Source: Candidatus Lokiarchaeum ossiferum
GTDB lineage: Archaea; Asgardarchaeota; Lokiarchaeia; Sigyniarchaeales; Promethearchaeaceae
DNA: 32,000 nucleotides
Assembly: GCA_025839675.1 (NCBI GenBank)
Contig: CP104013.1
Span: 4,680,001 to 4,712,000 of the forward strand
Reading direction: 5' to 3'
Part shown: one piece after another, positions 8,740-15,829 of the stretch
Position numbering within the stretch: position 1 is the first letter of the stretch
Layout: every line of letters begins with the position of its first letter
The notes under the pieces: generated by a model
Told to the model about the DNA's origin: nothing
Databases searched by the model: none
The model's input: the letters and a program-made list of their open reading frames with translations, nothing else
Program-made: the position numbers and the translations under genes

Positions 8740-9618
8740 GTGATCCCCATGGTTCCACAAAATCATCCCTTTTCGATTCCAAAACCACTTTTATTACAAA
8801 AACTCCGCAATTATCTGAATATTGACATCGGATTTGGAGATCTTTCCAGTGGGTTAATTCCCGCAGATTCACTTCGCTCGGCTCGAATTTTTGCAAAATC
8901 TTCTGGAATTGTGGCAGGCGCAGAAGAAGCACGCCTCTTGTTTGAAGATCTTGGAGTGCAAGTCGTTCAGGAGAAATATGATGGGGAATCTATTTCTAAG
9001 GGAGAAAATGTCTTCCAAATTGAAGGTAATTTGCGGAACATTTTGATGATCGAACGAACGGCTTTGGATTTTTTGATGATCCTTTCATCCATAGCGACCA
9101 GCACTCATGATTTGGTTTCCAAGGTAAGAGCTGCTCAGTTCCCTACTATTATTGCGACTACTCGAAAAGTGACTCCCGGCTTTGGGTGGTTTGAAAAAAA
9201 AGCAGTCTTTTTCGGCGGAGGCGATACACATCGCTGGAATCTCAGTGATATGGTCATGTTTAAAGATACCCATTTAGCGTTTTATGGGGGCGATGTATCC
9301 CGTTTATTATTGGATGCCAAGAAAACGATTAGTTTTTCCAAAAAAATCGAAATTGAACTGGAGAATTCGGAAGATATTATTCCTGCTATCGAAAGCGGGG
9401 CTGATATTATTATGCTTGACAATATGTCTCCTGATGAGATTAAAAAGGCTCTTTCATCTCTAAAAATTGCCCGCAAAGGGGTTCTTTTTGAAGCATCTGG
9501 CAATATCACCCCTGCTTCAATACTCGAGTATGCCCAAAGCGGAGTTGATATTATTAGTACCTCTTCAACGGTTTTGCAACCTCATAAACACTTGGATTAT
9601 TCTTTACGCTTGCTATAG
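8740..9618 (+). CDS. nadC: Nicotinate-nucleotide pyrophosphorylase (carboxylating) / quinolinate phosphoribosyltransferase
   Basis: 292 aa. Motifs seen are ERTALDFL, TRKVTPG, HRWNLSDMVMFKDTH, IMLDNM and EASGNIT. The track start at 8740 is GTG; an ATG lies at 8749. Confidence 0.9.
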   Translation: MIPMVPQNHPFSIPKPLLLQKLRNYLNIDIGFGDLSSGLIPADSLRSARIFAKSSGIVAGAEEARLLFEDLGVQVVQEKYDGESISKGENVFQIEGNLRNILMIERTALDFLMILSSIATSTHDLVSKVRAAQFPTIIATTRKVTPGFGWFEKKAVFFGGGDTHRWNLSDMVMFKDTHLAFYGGDVSRLLLDAKKTISFSKKIEIELENSEDIIPAIESGADIIMLDNMSPDEIKKALSSLKIARKGVLFEASGNITPASILEYAQSGVDIISTSSTVLQPHKHLDYSLRLL

Positions 9619-9694
9619 ACTTTCGACCACAGTGGTTTCAATTTCACAAGAAATTTCTTTTATTTACAAATATGAAGTCGAAAAAAGGAGGTTA

Positions 9695-10105
9695 TTACTC
9701 AATATGATCCTTTTCTGGGATGATAATGTATGTGATCGTGCATTTAAACAAGCGATCGCCGCTTAAACTGTGGAAAAAATCATCAATTTCTGTCCCAGAC
9801 CCGGCTACCATGATTGATTTAATGATAATATTTTTTAAATTATATTGACCAATTGATTTGATAATAGATTCATGTTGTTCAGTAAGACCAAGAAAGCGAT
9901 CGTAGATATCTTCGCGTACTTCATGATGAACTGTAATACATGCAATTCTGTGAGATTCTGAAGGAGCTTCCTTTTGGTTTTCCCGAATCAAATTATTAAT
10001 TGCCATGCGTAAAATTTCACTACGGGAGGTAACTCCTAATTGCTTTTGAATTCCATCCAATTCGTTTATCAACTGTGCATTCACTTGTAGACTTATCATG
10101 GGCAT
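9695..10105 (-). CDS. NikR-like regulator: ribbon-helix-helix N-domain plus ACT-like C-domain; nickel ligands not conserved
   Basis: 136 aa. The N-terminus MISLQVNAQLINELDGIQKQLGVTSRSEILRMAINNLI fits an RHH. The C-terminal about 80 aa align in pattern with the NikR metal-binding domain. The HxH...C ligand set I recall from E. coli NikR is absent. Confidence 0.6.
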   Translation of the reverse strand: MPMISLQVNAQLINELDGIQKQLGVTSRSEILRMAINNLIRENQKEAPSESHRIACITVHHEVREDIYDRFLGLTEQHESIIKSIGQYNLKNIIIKSIMVAGSGTEIDDFFHSLSGDRLFKCTITYIIIPEKDHIE

Positions 10106-10180
10106 TTTGATATTCTCCGATGTAAATTTAGGTGGGGAGGCTTAAATTTGTTTGGATCTCCCCTTAGTTTTCAAAAAACC

Positions 10181-10552
10181 TTAAAGTAATTTTAATTTAC
10201 TGGTAATTCTATCTACTTGTTCGGCTTTGGCGGGTCCAATTGCAACTGCGGTTTTAGATCCTGGTTCTAACTGTGTTAGTCCTGCATCTTGAATCAAACT
10301 GCATGGAAGCCCCGCATCTTTCGCTTCTTGATAAATTTGGAGAAGATCCGTTTCGCTGGTTACTTTGAGTGCAATTTTTTTTTGCCCCTCTTTCCCCCAA
10401 GCTTGATGGATGGCGGGTGTATATTTTCGAGCATATTCCACCGCAATAACCGATGCGTGGGCACCTTGGGCAACTTTCTTTCCTGTAGACATTTTCAAAT
10501 CTGTTCGTAAAATAAGTGCTTGTTTGTATTGATGATTTACTTTGATTTTCAT
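10181..10552 (-). CDS. pth2: Peptidyl-tRNA hydrolase, archaeal/eukaryotic type (Pth2)
   Basis: 123 aa. LILRTDLKMSTGKKVAQGAHAS..., KIALKV, DAGLTQLEPGSKTAVAIGP are typical Pth2 patterns. Confidence 0.9.
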   Translation of the reverse strand: MKIKVNHQYKQALILRTDLKMSTGKKVAQGAHASVIAVEYARKYTPAIHQAWGKEGQKKIALKVTSETDLLQIYQEAKDAGLPCSLIQDAGLTQLEPGSKTAVAIGPAKAEQVDRITSKLKLL

Positions 10553-10641
10553 GGGGATAACCTTGGGAAAATTAAGAAAGTAGTTAGAAAAAAGAATACG
10601 AGAAAAATAATTCGTTTCACTTTATTTTGAAAAAAAACGAA

Positions 10642-10839
10642 TTAAATTTCAACTTGTTCTATTTCAATTTGTTTCAATAACTCTTCTGCTTTGGCAGGAG
10701 TGGTTTTGAAGGTAAATAAATGCTTTGGAGTTCGTAATTTGAGTTTCACGATGTCTTTAGATTTTTTAATACGACATAAATCTGCGGAGGTTTGAGCAAT
10801 TTTGATAAATTCTGCTTCTTCAAATATTTCTACGGGCAT
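10642..10839 (-). CDS. rpl38e: Ribosomal protein eL38
   Basis: The 65-aa MPVEIFEEAEFIKIAQTSADLCRIKKSKDIVKLKLRTPKHLFTFKTTPAKAEELLKQ aligns by eye with eukaryotic eL38 (MP..I.E...F......DA....IKK.KD.VKFK.R....LYT......KAEKLKQ). Confidence 0.85.
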   Translation of the reverse strand: MPVEIFEEAEFIKIAQTSADLCRIKKSKDIVKLKLRTPKHLFTFKTTPAKAEELLKQIEIEQVEI

Positions 10840-10863
10840 GTTTTTTTCAACTCACTAAATAGA

Positions 10864-11019
10864 TTATCGCTCTCTTTTCTTGGCTCGTAAATCTTTGCTT
10901 CGGCATCGACGACATTTTTTAGCACGAAATGGATTGCGGGCTCCACACTTTCTGCAGAGATAGACGTAGAGGTGATAATGATCTGCCACTCTTCTGAGAT
11001 AAGGATCTGTAACTGGCAT
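10864..11019 (-). CDS. rpl40e: Ribosomal protein eL40 (stand-alone, no ubiquitin fusion)
   Basis: Not in the ORF track (51 aa). My translation is MPVTDPYLRRVADHYHLYVYLCRKCGARNPFRAKKCRRCRSKDLRAKKRER. It has the C-x2-C...C-x2-C zinc ribbon and strong likeness to archaeal L40e (MP.TDP...CRKCGA.NP.RA.KCRRC.S..LR.KK). It ends 24 nt upstream of eL38. Confidence 0.9.
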   Translation of the reverse strand: MPVTDPYLRRVADHYHLYVYLCRKCGARNPFRAKKCRRCRSKDLRAKKRER

Positions 11020-11036
11020 AGTTTTCACATTTTTAT

Positions 11037-11059
11037 TTTAGCAAGATTGACTTGCTAAA
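11037..11059. promoter_or_regulatory. Perfect 9-bp inverted repeat with 5-nt spacer in the eL40 upstream region
   Basis: TTTAGCAAG-ATTGA-CTTGCTAAA. It lies 18-40 nt upstream of the eL40 ATG on the minus strand and abuts an A/T-rich TAAAATAAAAAT stretch. Confidence 0.3.
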
Positions 11060-11414
11060 TACATTGAGTTGTAAAATACAGCATGAAATAAAATTTTTTT
11101 GGATACGCTTAGTTTTTTTTCCCGCAAAATGCAATAATCTTCATTTCCCGCTTTAATTTATTAAAGATCATCTTTTCAAAAAATTTTTCCTATATCACTT
11201 CTTGATTAAAGTGCTCTCTTACCTTGAACCTATGGAATCCACAATTTTAATGAAAAAACCGACTTAACCTCTCAAATTTCATTCTGTTCAATAACCTTCC
11301 CTTTTTCAGAGAAAAAAACTGGTGGTCTTTCATGTTTCTAAAGTAGTTTTACCCATCTTTCAGGGTTGGTCCAAATTTGGTTCCTCGGGAGAAAGGGGGG
11401 AAAAAAAGTGACTA

Positions 11415-12560
11415 TTAATCATTCAACATTTTCTTAATATCTGCAACATTATCTTTTGATGTATTCGTTTCTATTTCAGGTTCATCTTCAATTGTTGGTT
11501 GTTTTTGGGGTTTTTGAACTTCCTTCTTCTTTCCTGGGAAGGGTGGAAGATCTAATTTAGTGGCACTCGGTTTTGCCGATTCTGGAGATTTATCTGATTT
11601 AAGTGTTTGAGCTGTGAATTGAAGTTGGTTCACTTTTTCCGTGAGTTTAATCAAAGATGGGACCAAGGTTGCTAAAGCATTATTCATACTTTCTAATCGA
11701 TGTTCAAATTTCCCAACCGTTTTATCAATATTCATCAAGCGAGTTCGGGATTCAATATTCAAGTTTTCAACTTTTTGCTCCATGCTATTGAGTCGCTCAA
11801 CGGTATTTTTTGCTAAATTCGTTATTTTCTCATCCGCATTAAACTTAGATAATCTATCTTCAATTTTACCTAATCGATTGTCCAGACGATTCATATCCAA
11901 CGTATCTAATTTTGATTTAATCCTGGAAACATCTTCCGTAGTGGCTAAATTAGAGATTTTCATGTCTATTTGGGATTGATAATGTTCCATCTTATCCGAT
12001 AACTTGTTTACTGCTTCATTTGGTGAATTTTCTTTTAATTCTTTGCTTAAATCTTTGATTTGATCTGTAAAATGAACTTCGCCGAATAAAGCATTCAACT
12101 TATATTCCACTTTTTCAAATCTTCCTTGGAGATCAAAACCGTCTAATTTTTGCTCTAGATTGTCTATTCGTTCTAAAACAGGTTTATTATCTAAAGATTG
12201 GGCTTCGATTTGGGGTGACTGATAACTACTTTGAGAATAGGTGGGTATTGGTGCTTGCGGCTGTGTATTTGGTTCCATGGCAGTTACCATTGGAGTTCGT
12301 TGCGGGTATTGGGCTGAACTGGTGCGTTGCGTGGTGCTTTGTATTGGATTTTGAGCGATAGTTGGTGTTTGAGGTGTTGCTCCATAGTTTTGAAAGGATG
12401 CCGTTCTTGGAACTGTGGTAGGAGAAACTCGTTTTTTAGGTGTCAATTCTTTCTTTTGACTCACGGGTTTTCCACATTTTGTACAAAATTTCTGGGAATC
12501 CTTCAATTCTGCACCGCAACCCCAGCAAAATTTTGGGGGACGTTTTTGGGCCATTTTCAT
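11415..12560 (-). CDS. Zinc-ribbon protein with Q/P/T-rich disordered linker and long coiled-coil region
   Basis: 381 aa. The N-terminus CWGCGAELKDSQKFCTKCGKP is a C-x2-C...C-x2-C ribbon. About 100 aa of low-complexity P/Q/T/S follow. Then about 200 aa carry recurring RL(D/N/E)x(L/M)ExK(L/V)-type heptad-like motifs. The tail is acidic/basic. No TM segment. Confidence 0.6.
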   Translation of the reverse strand: MKMAQKRPPKFCWGCGAELKDSQKFCTKCGKPVSQKKELTPKKRVSPTTVPRTASFQNYGATPQTPTIAQNPIQSTTQRTSSAQYPQRTPMVTAMEPNTQPQAPIPTYSQSSYQSPQIEAQSLDNKPVLERIDNLEQKLDGFDLQGRFEKVEYKLNALFGEVHFTDQIKDLSKELKENSPNEAVNKLSDKMEHYQSQIDMKISNLATTEDVSRIKSKLDTLDMNRLDNRLGKIEDRLSKFNADEKITNLAKNTVERLNSMEQKVENLNIESRTRLMNIDKTVGKFEHRLESMNNALATLVPSLIKLTEKVNQLQFTAQTLKSDKSPESAKPSATKLDLPPFPGKKKEVQKPQKQPTIEDEPEIETNTSKDNVADIKKMLND

Positions 12561-12959
12561 TTAGTTCTCCGGATTACTCGAAGATGATTATTCTTAGATA
12601 ATATATAGTGCGCTACTTCTTAATTGTTTTAGGAGGCCAATATTTGGAAAAGAGTAAAATAAAATCTCTAGAAATCTCGTCATTGTGAAATTAATTATGC
12701 AGTAATATGATTGAAATCATAAAAATAGTCAAGAATATGTTTTTTTTTTATTATTCCAAATTAATAGGGCGGGGAAATATGCCACTCTTTTTTCTCTCCA
12801 AATCGAATAAAAAATAACCGATAATTGGATAGATCATAATATTGTTCATGAATATAAGTTTAAATAATCGGAAATTAACTCCAACAGAATATTACCATCC
12901 CTTCCGTTTATACTGAAATAACTGAAGGATAAAATGTGTGGAACATTCAAAAATCACGA

Positions 12960-13508
12960 TTATTTAGAATAGGGCTTCTTCCAAATGTGGATGTCCATGA
13001 GCTGATTATTTAAATCGTCGAAACAAATGTCCACATTCTTCGCTTCTTTCGCCGAAGTTTCATAATAGGATGCGCGCAATTCTTGTGCCAATGCTTCCCC
13101 TTCCGTTTTCGACACCACCCGCTCTTCGATCAAATCAACCTTATTTCCCAGTAATATTCGAGGGACTCCAGGCGCATATTGTTCTGATTCTTCCACCCAG
13201 TTCTTCACGTGTTCGTATGACTCTCTGCGGGTTAAATCAAACACAAAAATACATGCGAACGCTCCTCGGTAAAAGGATGGTCTTACAAATTGAAAGTGTT
13301 TTTGACCCGCCAAATCCCAAATCTGGAGTCGAATTGCCAAATTTTCTTCAGGTTTATTGATCATCTTAATTGCAAAATTGGCCCCGATGCTCATAATGTA
13401 ATTTTCATTGAATTTTCTTTCCGTAAACTGGAGAACAAGAGATGTTTTACCAACCGCACCATCACCAAGTACAACTACTTTGAAGATATATTCTTTCGGG
13501 CCAGACAT
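12960..13508 (-). CDS. Rab/Ras-superfamily small GTPase (Rab-like)
   Basis: 182 aa. G1 is GDGAVGKT, switch I is SIGANF, G3 is RLQIWDLAGQ, G4 is GNKVD, G5 is ETSAK. Rab-like segments are FYRGA and FVFDLT. There is no C-terminal Cys prenylation motif (ends HIWKKPYSK). Confidence 0.9.
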   Translation of the reverse strand: MSGPKEYIFKVVVLGDGAVGKTSLVLQFTERKFNENYIMSIGANFAIKMINKPEENLAIRLQIWDLAGQKHFQFVRPSFYRGAFACIFVFDLTRRESYEHVKNWVEESEQYAPGVPRILLGNKVDLIEERVVSKTEGEALAQELRASYYETSAKEAKNVDICFDDLNNQLMDIHIWKKPYSK

Positions 13509-13705
13509 TCAAGTATCACAACGGTTTGATCTGTTTTTTTATTGATGATATTTGTATTGCAGATCGTATTAATTCATATTCTGATGAAATATGTTATATA
13601 GATTTTGCTTTGTTTAATAGATTTTGGGGATGAAGATTGAGGGATCGAAGGGCTTTTTTTAAAAAACAGAAAAAATAAATTAAGAGAACAAAAAAGTTCA
13701 ACAAT

Positions 13706-14407
13706 TTAGGAATGTAAGAACCCACGATAACTAAAATAAAAGCCTAACATCATGAAGAATGATGCGAACCATGTGAAAAAACTAGGGGAATCACTTAAAT
13801 TGGCTAATGTAAAGAGGATGAATAGAAGTATGAAGCTAATTCCCATTAATTGGAACGATCGAAACTTAGTTTTGTATTTGGCATCATCCATACGGTGTAA
13901 AATTCGAGTGCTGCTAATTGTCCATAACCCGAAACAGAGGATGGACAATAGTAGAAAAATTACATTTTGCAGTAAAATTACCCGAGGCCAATGAAATGAA
14001 TAATAGGTCATAATCAAAGTGGAAGAACCAAGCATTAATATCGCGTAGCTTGCCCACAATATATAATGGGATGTATTCCAGTTCTCTTTGACCCGAAAAA
14101 TTTCGAGATATAATGCAATAAAAGCAGTATTGGCACAACCAACGAAAATTTGGCTGAAACCAAAACCTAACCATGTATTTTCTCCTAATAGATCATCCCA
14201 TCCTAAAAAATTATCAAACCCCGAAAAAATCATCCCGAGAGAAGTGAAGATATAAGTAAAGAGAAGGAAAATGGTGATTTTTGATTTTTTCTGCTTATAT
14301 TTTGGGATTAAAAGGAAAGCATATATTAAAGCAACCACACCAATGATTAACTTTAATAAACCATGAAAGAAAATGAGAGTTTCTGGGACCGGTAAAATAT
14401 CAGCCAT
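13706..14407 (-). CDS. Seven-transmembrane-helix membrane protein of unknown function
   Basis: 233 aa. I count 7 hydrophobic segments of about 20 aa. No retinal-type Lys in helix 7 and no family motif recognised. Confidence 0.6.
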   Translation of the reverse strand: MADILPVPETLIFFHGLLKLIIGVVALIYAFLLIPKYKQKKSKITIFLLFTYIFTSLGMIFSGFDNFLGWDDLLGENTWLGFGFSQIFVGCANTAFIALYLEIFRVKENWNTSHYILWASYAILMLGSSTLIMTYYSFHWPRVILLQNVIFLLLSILCFGLWTISSTRILHRMDDAKYKTKFRSFQLMGISFILLFILFTLANLSDSPSFFTWFASFFMMLGFYFSYRGFLHS

Positions 14408-14492
14408 AGTTAAGTATGAGAAATTGAATTTATAAAGATATTTTTACGTTTTAGAACGAATTAAGTTGGGTGATCGAAGAAAAAAAAGAAAA

Positions 14493-15665
14493 TTACTCAA
14501 TAATGGTATTTTCGTTGAGTGTTTGAGCATCTAAAACCGTATTGGGTTTGAGAATTTTGCAGTTTGGACCAATTACTGTATTTGATCGGATGATACAATG
14601 ATCGGCAATTTCTACATTATTAGCGATGATGGATTGTTCTACTCTGACTCCATTCCCAAGTTTCACATTATCCCAAATAACACTACGATCGATATAAACG
14701 TGATTAGAGAATCGGCAATTGGAACCAACTGTGGTAAGTTCTTTGATGAAATTACTGGTCCCATATTGATTATTCTTACCTAAACTTACATAAGGGCCAT
14801 GAGATAAATTGGATGTGGGTTTTTCATTATCAAGATACCAAATGTGTGCATCTCCTTGTCGTACTCCTTTAGGTGAAATTGGAAATCCATAGAGTCGAAG
14901 CATATCCCAGTTACTCCATAAATATGTGGTGGGATTTCCAACATCTAACCAGTAATAATTGGAAGTAGGGAGAAATCCATAAAGGCGGTAATTATTTTCT
15001 TTCAAATAGGGAAATACATCTTTTCCAAAATCCATCATTTCATTATTATTTAGAAAATCGATAATCTCCTTCTTGAAGCAATAAATTCCAGTATTGATTA
15101 TTGGCAAGGATTCTGCCCCTCCTCCAGTTAATGCTGACAAGTAAATTTCTTCAGAAGAGGGTTTTTCTAAAAATCGCAAAATTTTTCCATCTTCGGCAAG
15201 CATCGTATTTCCATATTTGGTAGCCATTTCTTCAATTCTTTTCATGCTAACCGTGGATTGTGCTTTTTTTTGGATGTGAAAATTCATCATGGCTTTCATG
15301 TCCAATGATGTAATGATGTCAGCCATCGAAATAACGACATTTTCTGAATCTATATGTTCGGAAACCATACGTACTGCATCAGCAGTTCCCTTGGAATCAT
15401 TCTTTGGAATAATTATTTCTAAGCCCATTTTTTCCAGATATTCTGGTGTCCATGTTGTTTGAATTTGTTTTCGGAGCTGGTCTCCAAATTTTTTGACGCA
15501 CACAATGATTTTAGAAATCCCTGCATACCGCAAATGGTCGATGGCGTAGTCTATCATGGGACGATTCGCCACGGAAACCATTGGTTTACACATTTCTGCT
15601 GTAAGCGGGTTTAATCGAGACCCCAATCCTCCCGCGAGGATAACTGCGTTCCACTTTTTTGGCAT
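14493..15665 (-). CDS. Sugar-1-phosphate nucleotidylyltransferase with C-terminal left-handed beta-helix domain
   Basis: 390 aa. The N-terminal signature is AVILAGGLGSRLNPLTAEMCKPMV. The C-terminal third has hexapeptide-like repeats (IGPNCKI, IADHCII, VKLGNGV). Sugar and nucleotide specificity cannot be told from sequence by eye. Confidence 0.8.
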   Translation of the reverse strand: MPKKWNAVILAGGLGSRLNPLTAEMCKPMVSVANRPMIDYAIDHLRYAGISKIIVCVKKFGDQLRKQIQTTWTPEYLEKMGLEIIIPKNDSKGTADAVRMVSEHIDSENVVISMADIITSLDMKAMMNFHIQKKAQSTVSMKRIEEMATKYGNTMLAEDGKILRFLEKPSSEEIYLSALTGGGAESLPIINTGIYCFKKEIIDFLNNNEMMDFGKDVFPYLKENNYRLYGFLPTSNYYWLDVGNPTTYLWSNWDMLRLYGFPISPKGVRQGDAHIWYLDNEKPTSNLSHGPYVSLGKNNQYGTSNFIKELTTVGSNCRFSNHVYIDRSVIWDNVKLGNGVRVEQSIIANNVEIADHCIIRSNTVIGPNCKILKPNTVLDAQTLNENTIIE

Positions 15666-15829
15666 TTCGTTCTCATTTTTTTGTTAGTTTAATAAATAAT
15701 GTATAGATGTTATTTATTCTCCTCTTCCTTAAAAATCTTATTTCTCTAAAGAAAATATATCAATAACGGGGAAAAATTGTAAAATAAAAAAAAAACTTGC
15801 ATAGTTTAAGCTTTAATATTCAAAACCTT

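Noticed and set aside
7685-8932. ORFs 7685..7921 (-), 7797..8102 (+), 8325..8732 (+) and 8735..8932 (-) overlapping ygiQ/nadC
   Set aside because: They are out-of-frame or antisense to genes with clear family signatures. The basic composition of 8325..8732 mirrors the A-rich 3-prime end of ygiQ.
9085-9766. ORFs 9085..9273 (-), 9282..9509 (-) and 9467..9766 (+)
   Set aside because: They lie antisense or out of frame within nadC, or span the nadC/NikR-like convergent junction, with no motif support.
11020-11414. 395-nt intergenic region examined for a small gene or structured RNA (likewise 12561..12959 and 20848..21139)
   Set aside because: Only tiny ORFs (under 40 aa, low complexity) are present. 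I could see no tRNA-like T-arm or acceptor pattern or extended stems by eye. A covariance-model scan (Infernal/Rfam, tRNAscan-SE) would be needed to exclude ncRNAs.
11641-13529. Plus-strand ORFs antisense to the Zn-ribbon gene (11641..11979, 12327..12587) and to the GTPase gene (13070..13360, 13290..13529)
   Set aside because: The opposite-strand genes have strong motif support (zinc ribbon, G1-G5 boxes). These ORFs are shadows.
13706-14407. 7-TM protein as a microbial rhodopsin
   Set aside because: There is no Lys in the seventh helix for a retinal Schiff base and no rhodopsin motifs. I kept it as an uncharacterised 7-TM protein.
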